In this document: piece by piece, positions 26,191 to 40,075 of the stretch
Layout: each line of letters opens with the position of its first letter
Position numbering within the stretch: position 1 is the stretch's first letter
NCBI RefSeq assembly: GCF_030144855.1
Contig: NC_082706.1
Location: forward strand, 40,300,001 to 40,364,000
Length of the DNA: 64,000 bases
Direction of reading: 5' to 3'
DNA from: Hypanus sabinus
Taxonomy: Eukaryota
Program-made: the position numbers and the translations under genes
The notes under the pieces: generated by a model
The model's input: the letters and a program-made list of their open reading frames with translations, nothing else
What the model was told of the DNA's origin: nothing
Database searches by the model: none

Positions 26191-26302
26191 AAATTTTGTT
26201 TTAGATTAGATTAGATTTAACTTTAGTGTCATTGTGCTGAGTACAGATACAAAGCCAATGAAATGCAGTTAGTATCTAACCAGAAATGCAAAGAATAGTA
26301 TT

Positions 26303-26306
<4 letters not shown>

Positions 26307-26336
<30 letters not shown>
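26307..26336. repeat. (CA)n microsatellite
   Basis: Seen directly in the sequence. Confidence 0.95.
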
Positions 26337-26341
<5 letters not shown>

Positions 26342-27331
26342 ACTGGAGAAACTACAGCATCTATGGAAAAAGAAGTCCAGTTGACATTTTGGGCCGGGAC
26401 CTTTTGGCAGGACTGGAGAAAAAAAGATGGGGAATAGATTTTAAAAGTGGGGGGGAGGGAAGAGAGAAACGCAAGGTGACGGGTGAAACCAGGAGGGGGA
26501 GTGGTAAAGTAAAGAGTGGGAGGGAGTTGATTGGTGAAAGAGAGACAGGGCTGGAGAAAGGAACATATCATTTTAGAAATTTTTTATTGATACATAATCT
26601 TCTACAGCTCTAAGATGATACAAAACCACAGCAATTTAATATATACAATTAATAAAGCTGAAGAAAATAAAACTGATCATAATATATAAAAATGAAAAAA
26701 AAATTGTGAGGAAAATGAAGAAAAAAGCCCTATCTAAGAAAAAAAGACCCACTAACTACAAAAAAAAAACACATTAGGAATCAACCCCCAGAGCAATACG
26801 TCTTACCATTCATTTTCTCTCTCTCTCTCTCCCTCTCCCTCCTCCTCGAATAACCATCAAGTCCAGGAGCCGTACCTGATTTCATTGATAAAATAACTTG
26901 CTGAATTTCATGCTCAATAATTGGAGCATCAAGCATTTGTTCATCTTCTGCAGAAATTTGAGGAAATTTAATCATGTAAAAAAAGCCTTCGCTTTGGAGG
27001 AATCTGCAGGAAATTGAGATCTATAAAGATCAGAATAAAAACCTTGAAAAATATTATTAATTTCTTCATGGTTACTTGCTATATCTCCATTATTTTTACA
27101 AATCTGTAAAATTTGCCTTTTAGCTCTAGCTGCTCTTAATGGGAGGCTAAGAGCTTATTATCTTTATCTCTGAAAATATAAAACTGACTTTTCAATTTAA
27201 GCAAATATCCTTCAATAGGATATGTTAATAATAAATTATATTGTGATTGTAATTCTACTCTTAAATGAAACAACATTTGTAGAGATTGCATTAATGTTAT
27301 CTAATTCTTTAATTTGTTTAGAGATTTTATC

Positions 27332-27948
27332 TGTACAATGTCCTGTGTATGTTACTCAAAATGGCTTCTTTGGTTTGTTATGAGCAGGAATGCTTCTTTG
27401 TTGGATAAGTGTTTTTCTCGCCGTTGTTTTGCTTTAGAATGGCTGATTTGGTAATTGTATTCATTTGTTAATCAATGGGGAATGTTATTGTGTCCTGTGA
27501 TGCTGGGAACTTGGGGGAGGGGTTCTCGCGGGTTTTTGGTGTGAGGGGAAGGCCGAGGAAGGTGGACGTGCGCTGGACTGCTCGTAAGACCACCGGGGTG
27601 GTCCCAGGTGTGACGGCGTGGCGGTCGTGCGGTCGGATGGGTCGATTGGTTCGTTGATCGAGCTCCAACAAGTGCACTAAACAGACTGAACTTTGATAAG
27701 TTGGCGCCTTTTGTTTTTTTCCTTATCTATATATATATATAAATATTGTATTGCCTACTACTCTTTTAATTTTAGTAAACTCTTTAAAGTGTATTTCATA
27801 ACAGTATTTGTTGTGGGTTTGATATTGTTGGCGGGCGTGAGGCATAAACTCGATTCTCACAGCACCTGCGTGTACGGGAGGTGGGTTGGTGAGTTGCTGG
27901 AACTCCATTTCCCCTAGACATATACCAGCCTTTTGGGTAAGTGTTACA
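27332..27948 (+). mobile_element. Probable solo LTR inserted into L1 ORF2
   Basis: CpG-richer block with TGTAC...GTTACA ends that interrupts KLKKQTRTELQ / KISKQIKELD; no clean TSD. Confidence 0.6.
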
Positions 27949-29239
27949 TTTGTAATTCTGTTCTTGTTTGTTTCTTCAGTTTAGCTATATACGAAATAAT
28001 CTGACCACATAAATAGGCTTTGAATGTATCCCAAATTACTAACTTTGAGACATTTCCTGTATTATTAAAGAGAAAAAAACTCTTTATCTGAGTTTCAATA
28101 AACTTAACAAATTCTGAACTTTGTAACAAGTGTTCTGGAAAATGTCAAAATGGTCTAGTAGAAGCAACATCTTTCAGTTCAAATATTAAATTTAAAGGAG
28201 CATGATCAGAGATAGCAATTGCATCATACTCACATTTCTGAACATTAAATAAAAGTTGAGGGTCAAATATAAAATAATCGATTCTCGAATGTGCATTATG
28301 AACATGTGAGTGAAAAGAGTATTCTCTGTTGCTAGGATGCATATGCCTCTATACTTCAATTAGACCATAATCAATTAAAAAGGAATTAATAAGTGATGCA
28401 GAACAATCAGGGAGTTGATGTTTGGGTTTATCCATTAAAGGATTTAAAAAAGTATTAAAATCACCACCCATTAATAACATATATTCATTTAAATCAGGTA
28501 ACCAAGCAAAGACAGCTTTTTTTAAAAAAGAGGTATCATCTACATTTGGTCCATAAGTATTAACCAAAACCATTTTCCTATGATAAATTAATCCTTTAAC
28601 AATCAAAAATCTACCATTAATATCGACTATAATGTCCTCCTGATTAAAAGGGATATTAGAATCATTAAAAATAGAAACACCTCTAATTTTACTCTGCGAG
28701 TTTGCATGAAACTGAGGATCCTTCCAAGATTGAAAAGTTCGATTCTTATCACATAACCTAATATGCGTCTCTTGAACAAAGATTATATCAGGTTGGAATC
28801 GGTTAAAATTTTAAATGTTTTCTTACGCTTAATAGGATGATTCCAACCACGGACATTTCAGCTTCAAACATTTAACTGTTTAGATAACATCATGAGACTT
28901 TGTATCTAAAACGAGTGGTTAGACGCATGTCAGGATACGATAATCAAAAATGGCAGATATGAACAACAATAATAATAATTTGCGTATGCTCCGGGATACC
29001 ATAATGTAGATAAAAAAAGGAAAAAAACCCACCCAGACTAAAAAGCCCAGAAGTAAGTCGATATCAATCGACGCAAGCCCCAAGAAAAGCAAAGAAGCAG
29101 TAACAAACTCCAGCTACCTAAATAATAATGAAAAAAGTAATCTCTGGCTCCCTCTACCGATCATAAAACTCATTACAGTCGACATGAATCTCAATATAAT
29201 TAAATTGGAAAGAACGGTGTTTTTTATAGAACAAAACAA

Positions 29240-29912
29240 CCTTCAATTTTGAAAGTAACCTTCATAATATTAGATAAGGGTAGGAAAACGCATCCAAAAC
29301 AATTCTTGAGATATTTGCACAAAAGAAAAACAATCGTCATCTTTAAATTATCCTGTCTATCTTTAAAATGTAAAAAAATCCAAGTAATTACTTAAAAAAA
29401 ATCTTTACAAAAGCATATGGAACAAAAAAAAACAATTCATTTAAAACTGCAGAGAAAAAAATTCCTTCAATTTTGAAAGTAGCCTTCATAATATTAGATA
29501 AGGGAAGAAAACCACATCCAAAACAATTCTTGAAATATTTGCACAAAAGAAAAACAATCGCCATCTTTAAATTATTCAATCTATCTTCAAAAGGTAAAAA
29601 TACCCAAGTAATTATACTTACTTACTTATACTTTATCGTTACCAAACAATTGATACTAGAGTGTACAATCATCACAGTGATATTTGTTTCTGCACTTCGT
29701 GCTCCCTGAAGTACAAATCGAAGTAAATATAATAATAAAAATTTAAATTTTAAATTATAATTAGAATATAGAAAAGGGAAGGTAGGGTAGTGCAAGTCAG
29801 GTCCAGATATTTGGAAGATACGGCCCAGATTTTAATTACTTTAAAAAACTTTACAAAAGCATATGGAACAAAAAAACACAGTTAGTTCATTTAAATGCTG
29901 CAGAAAAAAATT
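29240..29912. repeat. About 224-bp tandem duplication in the L1 inter-ORF spacer; second copy interrupted by a short retroposon (about 29613-29835)
   Basis: CCTTCAATTTTGAAAGTA starts at 29240 and 29464; the copy resumes at about 29832 after a (TACT)n-tailed insert. Confidence 0.85.
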
Positions 29913-32494
29913 TCTAGATGGTTCAGAATTATTTACAGTCTTTCAACAGTTCTCCTGCTATGTCTTCTGAGGTTAAAACCATCCAAGCCAGGCTTTTTCA
30001 GAGATAGAAATACATTTTAAGGTAAAGACTTTCTATAACCATCAAATCTTCCAATTTCATCACTTTACATCACGAGACAATCAAACTGTTGTAGATAATT
30101 CAAACTTCAGGCTTCAGACTCGTCAGACAAAAAGTTAATAAAACGTAATGCTTCGGCTAGATTATTAAAAATATGAGCTCCAGAATTTTTGACAAAAAGC
30201 CTTAATTTGGCTGGGTATTGTAACGATGGAAAGAGCTTTTTTACATACGCTAATCTCATAATCGGAGCGAATGCAGCACGCTTCTTAACAATTTCGCGCG
30301 GAAAATCTTCAAAAAAGCGAATATCCAAACCTTGTAAGTGAAATAACATTTGTTTTCTTGCAGGCTTAATAATGTGACCTTTGTCTCTAAAATGGAGAGA
30401 ACGCACAACAATATGCCTGTTTTTACCTTCAACCAAAAGTTTTAAAGCACCGGTTCTGTGAGCCGTTTCAATCTCTGGGAGTTTGGAACAAACGTCCAGA
30501 AATAAAGACTGAAACATTTTAGCAAAATAATCCAGTGTGTCGAACAATTTGAATATTATTCTGATGCGACCGAGCTTCCAAATCCACGATTCATTGTTGA
30601 GCCTTATCCAAATGAGAAGAAAGGTCAGTCGCATTTCGACTAACTTCTTCTAAGATTGAGGCTCAGAGAGTCAATTTTTTCTTCAAATTTCTCTTTGAGT
30701 TATTTCGGTGCCGATACTACTGATTTGAGACTCTAATCTCTTCACCCAAAAGGGTTCTTCCGAGAACGCGACAGCTTTTTTAGACTTTCCGTTAGCTTGG
30801 TCCGGATTTCACCTGGTTCCCCTTGAAGTAGCCATAATTATAACTGTTGCTCTACAGTGCCGACTGAATAAAGTTGAAATTTCAAAGTTTAAGTCAGAAA
30901 AGGGAGAGATTAAAGGTGGACAGAAAGCAGCTATGCCTTACATGTCCGTGAGCAGGAGACGGAGTCGGGAACATCTCAAAGGAGAGGACAGAAGGCTATG
31001 GAAGAAAGAAAATGGGGAAGGAGCACCAGAGGGAAGTGATGGGCAATCGAGGTAAGGTGAGAGAGAGGAAGGGGAAAGGGGATGGGTAATGGTGAAGAGG
31101 GGGGCATTACCAGAAGTTCGAGAAGTTGATGTTCATGCTATCAGGTTGGAGGCTACCCCCATGGAATAGAGGTAATGCATCTATCAGTACATGGGTTTCC
31201 ATTGGTGGTCCTTCCACAATAGCTAATCGAGCTGACAGATCAATAGCTTTTCCAGTCTGTTTCTGTGTGTCTGTCTCTTTCTCTTCAATGCCCGTGTCTC
31301 TATCTCCTGCTCTTAGCTCTAGTTGCAAATGGCCTAAGAGAAGATTCACACTCAGATAAAGATATTGCCCCTTCTTATAGCCTTTAAGACCTTTTACTTT
31401 CACAGGCAAGCATGTTTTTCCACTATTATCTGCTCTAGTCTGTACTAGACTAAAGATAGAGTCTGTAGACTGGTACTGGCATTTGAAGATTTTTGGTGTT
31501 TGTTTTCTTCTGCCTTGCTGAATCTACCTGCACCTGGCCCAGAGCCATCCACACTTCACATACCCATGTATCTAGCCAAACTTCCCCTAAAAATTGCAGT
31601 GAACATGCTTCCACTACATCCGCAGACAGCTCATTCTACATTCGCACCACCCTCTAAATGAGGATGTTCCCCCTGGGGTTCCCCTTAGATCCTTTCACCT
31701 AAAACATATGACCTCTAACTCTTATCTCATTGAACCTGAGGTGTAAAAGCATGAATGCATTCACCCTATATATACCCTCAATTTTGTATACCTCTATATG
31801 ATCTCCCTCATTCTACTGCACTTCAGGGAGTAAAGTTGTGACCTATTCCTGTAACTCAGGTCATCAAGACCTGGCAACATCTGTGTACATTTTCTCTGCA
31901 CTCTTTCGAGAGAATAAATAACAGGATGATGCTGCCAGGCCTCTCAAGGCTTATCCATCATTTATCCCGATTCTGCCTGATGCAATTTCTTGTACTAATT
32001 TATCCTTTGATTCACTTAAAAATCCAGTCATGCTTTACACTCACTCTGAATAAATTAACCGAGCTTCCATTGACATCTAGGATGCTGAATTCCAAACTGG
32101 CTCCCCGACAGAAGAGGAGGTGTAGGGTAATGTAATAAGTGGAAATGTACATAATTCACAGCCACCATCATTGAGTTAGGGTTCACTTTAAGAGCCTGAC
32201 CTACCATGATGACATTATGATGTAAAGAGTTTTTACTGCTTTATTTTGGAGTTCAATAAATAATTACTACTTTTTCTCTTATAGAACACTTTGTGTCTTC
32301 TTATTTGCGAAAATCTACATTGGTTACCCCGATGCTCCAGGATGATTCCAGAGGTTTCTCCTCATCTCAGTCCTAAGCAGTCTACCCCTTATTTTGAGAC
32401 AGTTTATCTTCTGGTTGAGGGGTCCAGAAACACTGACTGGAGATCCCAATGTTTGGACATTTGGCTCACTTAAAACTTACTTACTCGTTTAAGA

Positions 32495-34500
32495 GCATTA
32501 AACTGTAAGAGATAGGAGACGACTTAGGTCATTTGTCCCATCAGGCTTGCTCAATTTCACTGTGGCTGATCTATTTTCCCATTCACCTGTCTTTCCCTGT
32601 AATCTTTCATGCCCTGATTAATCAAGAACTTGTCAATCTCTGCTTTAAATACACTCAGTAACTTGCCTTCATTGCTACTTATTGTAGCAAACTCACCCTC
32701 TGGCTAAAGAAGTTCCTCCTCATATCTGTTCTAAATGGATGTCCATCTATTCTGAGGCTGTGCCCTCTGGTACTGGACTTTCCCATTACAGATAATATCC
32801 TCTCCACATGCACTCTATCTAGGCCTTTTAACATTTGGTTTCAATGAGATCCTTGCTCATTCTTCTAAATTCCAGGGAATACTGGCTAGCCATTAAGCAC
32901 TCCTCATATGATAGCCCATTTCATTCACGTGAAACTTCTCTGAATCCTCTCCAATGTCAGCACATCCTGTCGTAGTTAAGGGGCCCAGAACTGCTCCCAA
33001 TACTCCAAGGTATGCCTTATAAAGCCTCAGCATTCCATCTTTGCTTTTATATTCCAGTTCTCTCAAAATGAATACTAACATCGCATTTGCTTTCCTCACT
33101 ATAGATTCAACCTTCACGATAACCTTTAGGCAAACTTGCACAAGGACTTCCAAGTGCTTTGTACCTCGGTTTTCTTAATTTTCTGCCCATTTAGAAAATG
33201 CTCTATGCTTTTGTTCCTTCTACCAAAAGGTGTGACCATGCACTTCCCAAAACTATATTCCATCTTCCACTTCTTTGTCCATTATCCTAATCTGCAGTCC
33301 TCCTGCTTCCTGAACACTTGGTACTTGTACAACTTGGCCACCAAGCCATCAATTCCATTATCCAAATTATTGATATTATAACAGAAAAAGAAGTGGTCAC
33401 AACACCAAACCCTGCAGAACTCCACTAGTTACTGACAGCCAACCAGTAAAGGCTCCTTTTATTCCCATTCTGCATCCTGCCAATCAGCTAATGCTCTATC
33501 TATGCTAGTATCTTTCCTGTAATGCCAGGGGCTCTTATTTTGTTAAGCAGCCTTGGGGCGGCATGGTAGCATAATGTTTAGCACAATGCTTTACACTGCA
33601 GATGACCTGGGATCAATTCCCACCACTGCCTGTAAAGTTCATACGTTTTTCCTGCAACCGTGCCAGTTTCCTCCCTCAGTCGAGATACATACTGGTTCAT
33701 AGGTTAATTGGTCATTGTAAATTATCCCGTGATTAGGCTAAAGTTAAATTAGTGGGTTGTTGTGCGTTGAGTGGCTCAAAAGACCAGAACGGCCTAAGCT
33801 GTACCCTAATAAATAAATAATCAAACAAATAAATGTGTGACATCTTGTCAAAGGCCTTCTGATACTCCAAGTACACAACATCTACCAATTCTCCTTCTTT
33901 TATTCTACATTGTTTTTTCAAAGAATCCCAACAGATTTTTCAGGCAAGATTTTCCCTTGAGGAAACCATGCTGACTTTGACCTATTTTATCATGTGCCTC
34001 CAAGTACCCCAAAAATAGACCCTTAGCAATTGACCCCAGTGTCTTCCCAACCACTGAGGTCAGACTAACTGGCCTATAATTTCCTTTCTTCTCCTTCTCT
34101 CCCTTCTTGAAGAGTGGAGTGACATTTGCAACTTTCCAGTCTTCCAGAACCATTCCAGAGTCTACTGATTCTTGAAAGATCATTACTAATGCCTCCATAA
34201 TTTCTTCAGCCACCTCTTTCAGAACCCTGAGGTGTACACCATTTGGTCCAGGTGACTTATCTACCTTCTGTTTTTTTCTAACAACCTTTTTTCTAATAAC
34301 TTCACACACTTCATGACCCTTGACACCTGTAACTTCCACCATAATGCTACCATCTTTCACAGTGAAGACTGATGCAAAATACTTATTCAGTTCAACTGTC
34401 ATTTCCTTGTCCTGTTACTATCTCTACAGCATTATTTTCTGATATCCACTCTTGCCTTTCGTTTACAGTTTATCTGAAGAAACTTTTGGTATCCTTTAAA
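32495..34500 (-). mobile_element. CR1 LINE ORF2 3' portion
   Basis: ORF 33905-34402 VDKSPGPNGVHLRVLKEVA..NYRPVSLTSVVGK..SQHGFLKGKSCL; ORF 32893-33153 YKSKDGMLRLYKA. Confidence 0.9.
33555..33815 (+). mobile_element. tRNA-derived SINE (V-SINE-like) inserted in CR1
   Basis: GGGGCGGCATGGTAGCATAATG (A box), GGATCAATTCC (B box), GTTTCCTCC..GGTTAATTGGTCATTGTAAATT body, (AAAT)n tail. Confidence 0.7.
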
Positions 34501-34819
34501 TACTTTTTGGTATTTTTAATGTAGAGATGTAAACAGGCAACAAAGGGACAATTGCTTCAATGCTTTGGTTGGGAGCTTGTAGTTACTATTGACTTTTAAC
34601 ACCTGCATTGTGAGGTGATTAATCTTGCAAGTAAGAAATGTCAACATGCAGTTTACCAAAAGCTCAACATCTGAAGCTGCTGTATTAAATGGCCTATCTG
34701 TCCCAAATTCAGAATAATGTGGTGACGGACTATGCTTTTCCACTTGTGCAGAAGTGAAGTATGATTGAGAAATGAATGCAAGTTTTCGGAGTCTAGTTAA
34801 CCCATTTGACTGCACCGTG

Positions 34820-35760
34820 TCAGACAGACAGACATACTTTATTGATCCCGAGGGAAATTGGGTTTCATTAGAGTCGCACCAACCAAGAATAGTGTAGAAA
34901 TATAGAAATATAAAAACCATAAATATTTAAATAATAATAAGTAAATTATGCCAACAGGAAATAAGTCCAGGACCAGCCTATTGGCTCGGGGTGTCTGACA
35001 GTCCGAGGGACGAGTTGTAAAGTCTGATGGCCACAGGCAGGAATGACTTCCTATGACGCTCAGTGTTACATCTCAATGGAATGAGTCTCTGACTGAATGT
35101 ACTCCTGTGCCTAACCAGTACATTATGGAGTGGATGGGAGTCAATGTCCAAGATGGCATGCAACTTGGACAGCATCCTCTTTTCAGACACCACCGTCAGA
35201 GAGTCCAGTTCCACCCCCACACCACCACTGGCCTTACGAATGAGTTTGTTGATTCTGCTGGTGTCTGCTACCCTCAGCCTGCTGCCCCAGCACACAACAG
35301 CAAACATAATAGCACTGGCCACCACAGACTTGTAGAACATCCTCAGCATCGTCTGGCAGATGTTAAAGGACCTCAGTCTCCTCAGGAAATAGAGACGGTT
35401 CTGACCCTTCTTGTAGACAGCCTCAATGTTCTTTGATCAATCCAGTTTATTGTCATTTCATATCTCCAGGTATCTGTACTCCTCCACCATGTCCACACTG
35501 ACCCCTCACCGGTGCCTTGGCCCTCCTCAGGTCCACCACCAGCTCCTTAGTCTTTTTCACATTAAGCTGCTGATGATTCTGATCACACCATGTCACAAAG
35601 TTTCCCACCGTAGCCCTGTACTCAGCCTCATCTCCCTTGGTGATGCATCCAACTATGGCAGAGTCTTAAGAAAACTTCTGAAGATGGCAAGACTCTGTGC
35701 AGTAGTTAAGTCCGAGGTGTAGATGGTGAAGAGAAAGGGAGACAGGACAGTCCCCTGTGT
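34820..35760 (-). mobile_element. Rex1/Babar LINE 3' portion
   Basis: ORF 34978-35349 MLRMFYKSVVASAIMFAVVCWG..HPLH..SFLPVAIRLYN; (TCTG)n tail. Confidence 0.9.
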
Positions 35761-37029
35761 CTCAAGGTTAAAGTTGAAAGAGTTCATGTATGCTTACATT
35801 TTCCTCTGCTCCACCTCTCTGGGCACAGCTTCAAAGCCAAAACATCAAACTAGGAGCATAAACACAGTACTTTCACACATACTATTTATTATAAATTACA
35901 CAATGCACATTTAGATAGAGATGTAATGTAAAGATTTTTACTCATGTACATGAAGGATGTAATTAATAAACTGAATTCCATTCAGACTCACATACTAGCT
36001 CTAAAATAGCCACTCAACTAGAGATTGTCTCCCTTTTATTCAATTATATCTATTATGTAAGATATAATGCTTATATTTTTAAAGAAATGTCATTACTTGC
36101 AAACAAGTTTTTAAACTGTTTTGATTCAACTCTCTGTTGCCGAGACCCCTAGGACTTACAGTAAAATACTTCAATAACAAGCTTCCTGAAAAGGAGATCA
36201 TATGGCAAATGAGCTTCAAGAAATATATTGAATGATTTTGTACAAGTTGAATAGGCCATTTAAATACTGTAACACCACAGCTCTGAGGATATCTAACAGA
36301 CCACTAATGTTAAAAGCATTCTAAAATGATGGGTTGAAGAAATCAGTCTGAAAGAGGGGCAGTATGCCAGGAGAGAGATTGATGGGGACTGAATCAGCTG
36401 GGAAAATGGGTGAGAAGGAAGGAAAAGGCAGAGAATACAGGATGCTTCTATGGTTAGTCTGTGCAGTAATGTGAGAATCAGTGGAACAGCAGAAAGGGGA
36501 TAAAAGGCACAATGTTGACCATTTCTCTCGGTTGTCAGAGGCAAGGAATTCTTTCAAAAGACTTTGCTCCTAGTTGGTTTATCAATTCCAGTAACTCATA
36601 CCTCAAGCCAAGACACCAGCAGTGTTAAAATAATGCTGGTGAGCTGGAAGACGAGTTTGGTCTCAGCAGGCAGCATTATTTTTCCTTTCAGCATCGACGA
36701 TTTTCAGCTGTGGGGGATATTTTGTTAACGTGCTGTCTTCTCACTGTTTTTTCTTTGTGATGGTTTTAGTTGATTTCAGGCAAGAGGAGACTTCAACTTT
36801 TTGGTCCCAACTGGTATTGCAAGCTTACCCCGTTGAGAAGCTTTAAAAGTAGTTATACAAGGGAAGGCCTATCTACTTTTGGACCCAGAGGACCCCAGAG
36901 AGGATTTTTTTAAAAACTGAGCTAGAATGAAACAGCCATTAAGGAGTTCCTGTCATTGAGGTGAAAGTAATGAGGCTTTGGCTCAGGAGGCTGAGAAGTT
37001 TCAAGGTAAGAACCGTTGCCTCCTTTGTA

Positions 37030-38980
37030 CTATTGGTGGTTTCGTGATGGCATTCGGGGCAGTGGTTTGCTCCTCCTGCAGGAGATGGGAGATCAGGGAA
37101 GCTCCCAGTATTCATGGTGACTATCCTTTTTGGAAGTGTGTCCAGCTGCAGATCCTGGCTGGCAGCGTCAAGCAGCTGGAACTGCAGATCAACTTTCTCA
37201 GGACTTTTGATCATCACCAACAGAAACATTAGCAAATGGACACAACAAAGGTACAGCAGGTAATTGAGCAATGACCAGGAAAGATAGGAAGTGCATTAAC
37301 CTCATTAACAGGCATCTCATTTTGTATGTTTTTGTAGGTTCAGCCTTTTAGAGGAGAGTAACAACAGCCTGGTCTGCGGTACAATAACTGAGTCTTGGTA
37401 CACACCATGAAGGTTAGATAAGGAGAGCCGTGTTGGTAGGAGACTCGGACAAAAGATTCTGTAGCCATAAACAAAAATGGCAGTTGGAAGTTAATGCAGA
37501 CAAGGGCGAGTTGTTGCACTTTGGTAGGACCATCCAGAGTCGGCCTTACACAGTGACTGGATGGGCTCAGAGGAGTGTGGTAGAGCAAAGGGATCTGTAT
37601 TTATGGTTTTGTGGCCAAGTTTGCAGATGATACAAGAAGAAGCAGGAAGTCTGCAGATGGAATGGACAGATGAGGATAATTGGCAACATAGTGGCAACCA
37701 TGTTGGGAATGAATGGTCATGCAGTTTGGAAGGAATAAAGGCATAGACTAATTTGTACATTGGGATAAAATTCAGAAAGTAGAGGGGGTTTTGGGAGGCC
37801 TTGTGCAGGTTTCCCTAAAGGTTACAGACACAAAATGCTGGAGGAATTTAGCAAGCCAGGCAGTATATATGGAAAGGAGTAAACCATTGATGTTTCAGGC
37901 AGAGAACCTTCATGATGAAGCATCAACTGATTATTCTTTTCCATAGATATTCCCTGGCCTGTTGAGCTCTTCCAGCATTTTGTGCGTGTTGCTTTGGGTA
38001 TCCAGCATTTTCTCATATTTGTTCCCTAAAACTTAACCTGCAGATTGAGTTGGTGGTCAAGAGGGAAATGAAATGTTAGCATTCATTTTGAGCGAACAGG
38101 AGTATAAAAATGAGGATGTGATGCTGAGGATTTATAAGGCATTGAACAGGTTACACTTGGAGTAATGTGAACAGTTTAGGGCCTCATACCAAAAAGAAAG
38201 ATGTGTTAACATTGGAGTGGTTCATGAGAATGATTCTAGGAATAAAAGGATTAACATACTGTATGAGGAATGTTTGATGGCTCTGAGCTTGTACTCACTG
38301 GAAGTACACCTCTAGATATCTCTTTAGAACCGAGACGAGGAGGAATTTCTTTAGCTAGAAGGTGGTGGATCTGTGGAATTCATTGCCAAGACCACTGTGG
38401 AGGCAAAGTCATTGAGTCTATTTAAAATGGAGGTTGATAGGTTCTTGACTAGTAGGGGTGTCAAAGGTTACAGAAAGAAGACAGGAGAATGGGATTGAGA
38501 GACATAATTAATTAGCGGTGATGGAATGGCTGAACAGACTCATTGGCTGAATGGTCTAATTCTGCTCCTATGTGTTACGGTCTTCCAGCTATTCCAGAAA
38601 TATGGTTGAGGAATGAGCAAATCTGGCAGTTGCAATGTATTTTTAGGTACAGGTGTTTCAACTGTGATGGAGAAGGAGGTAAAGGAAGAGAGGAAGATGA
38701 ACTATTGATTAAAGAGTCCTTTGAGAGGATATTCATGAAGGATCGTCGTCTAAGGCTATATGGATGAAACTCAGAAATCAAAAGAGCGTGATCACTTTGA
38801 TGAGATTTTACAATAGATCCTCCATAGTTAGTGTTAATTAGAGGAGCAAATATGAAGGGAGCTTGCAGATAGCTGCATGTTAATATTTTTTTGACAGTGG
38901 GTGGTTTTAACTTCCCTAATATTAACTGGGACTGCCATAGTGCTATGGGTTTGGTTGAATAGAATTCATTAAGTTAATCT
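37030..38980 (+). mobile_element. Mosaic of decayed CR1 fragments
   Basis: ORF1 zinc-finger-like AVVCSSCRRWEIRE..KCVQLQIL; KWQLEVNADKGELLHFGR; 3' UTR at about 38350-38585. Confidence 0.7.
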
Positions 38981-38983
38981 ATA

Positions 38984-39305
38984 GGGTGCCATGGTACCAT
39001 AGTGGTTAATGCAACAATATTATGGCTCAGGTGTGTCAGGGTTCAAAGTCCAATTTTGCCCCCGCCTTTAAGTTTTAAGGAGTATGTGTATGTGTGTGTG
39101 TGTGTGTGTGTATGCACTCCCTGTGACTGCATGGGCTTCCTCCAGATGCTCCAGTTTCCTTCCACAATCCAAAGACGTACTTGTTAGTAGGTTAATTGGC
39201 CATTGCAAATTCTCCTGTGATTCGGCGAGGGTTAATATAGTAGGTAGGTTGTTCAGTGGCATGGCTCACTGGGCTGGAAGGGCCTGCTTCATGATATAGC
39301 TCTTA
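38984..39305 (+). mobile_element. V-SINE-like SINE containing (GT)n
   Basis: tRNA-like head; GCATGGGCTTCCTCCAGATGCTCCAGTTTCCTTCCACAATCCAAAGACGTAC core. Confidence 0.75.
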
Positions 39306-39684
39306 AAAAAATCCAGAACTGGTTTCTCAAACAAATATAGATGATCCTATGTCTGTCTGTGAGTATTTACTTGTATGAGAGGTGGGTGCTCATGTTTTGG
39401 GAAATATGGCTAAAATGTTACTGACCATAATTCTAATAGTTTTCTAAAACTTACAGTAAGAAATAGTATTCATCCCAAAGCTAAAAATCCTCAATAAGGG
39501 AAAGGCTAATAGCTTCAGGAACTTGTAAAGGTTCATCAGAAAAAGATATGTGCTTGTAAAAGGACACCTAGCAAGTGGGAGGGTTTTAAAAGTGAGATAG
39601 GGTGAGTTCATGGCTAGTATGATCTTATTAAGTGCAAATGCCAAGTCAGGCAGGCTTTGCGAACTGTCGTTACAATGGATGTTG

Positions 39685-40075
39685 AAACAGAAATATAGAA
39701 AAGCGACAGCACAGTACAGGCCCTTTGGCCCGCAATGCTATGCTGAACATATACTTACATTAGAAATTACCTGGAGTTACCCATAGCCCTCTATTTTTCT
39801 AAGCTCCATGTGCCTATCCAGGAGTCTCTTAAAAGACCCTATCATATCTGCCTCCACCACTGTCACCAGCAGCCCATTCCACACACTCATCACTCTCTGC
39901 TTAAAAAAACTTACCCCTGACATCTCCTCTGTACCTACTTCCAAGCACCTTAAAACTACGCCCTCTTGTGCTAGCCATTTCAGCCCTGGGAAAAAGCCTC
40001 TTACTATCCACATGACCAATGCCTCTCATCATCTTATACACCTCTATCAGGTCACCTCTCATCCTCCGTCACTCC
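39685..40075 (-). mobile_element. CR1 3' end
   Basis: FFKQRVMSVWNGL..SFKRLLDRHM. Confidence 0.8.

Larger units (their letters stand above)
26571..30967 (-). mobile_element. L1/Tx1 LINE with 5' UTR, ORF1, spacer, ORF2 endonuclease region, a large internal deletion and 3' tail
   Basis: ORF1 30107-30634 EIETAHR..RHIVVRSLHFRDK..IRFFEDFPREIVKKRAAF..LQYPAKLRL; ORF2 VNTYGPN, GGDFN, SRIDYF, ISDHAP, KSGTAPGLDGY; TSD-like GGAACATATCA 26560-26570 and GGAACATCTCA 30968-30978. Confidence 0.9.
26330..31160 (-). mobile_element. Penelope 3' region split by an L1 insertion (26330-26570 and 30968-31160)
   Basis: The two pieces are collinear with the reverse complement of the Penelope 3' region at 41100-41580. 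Confidence 0.7.
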
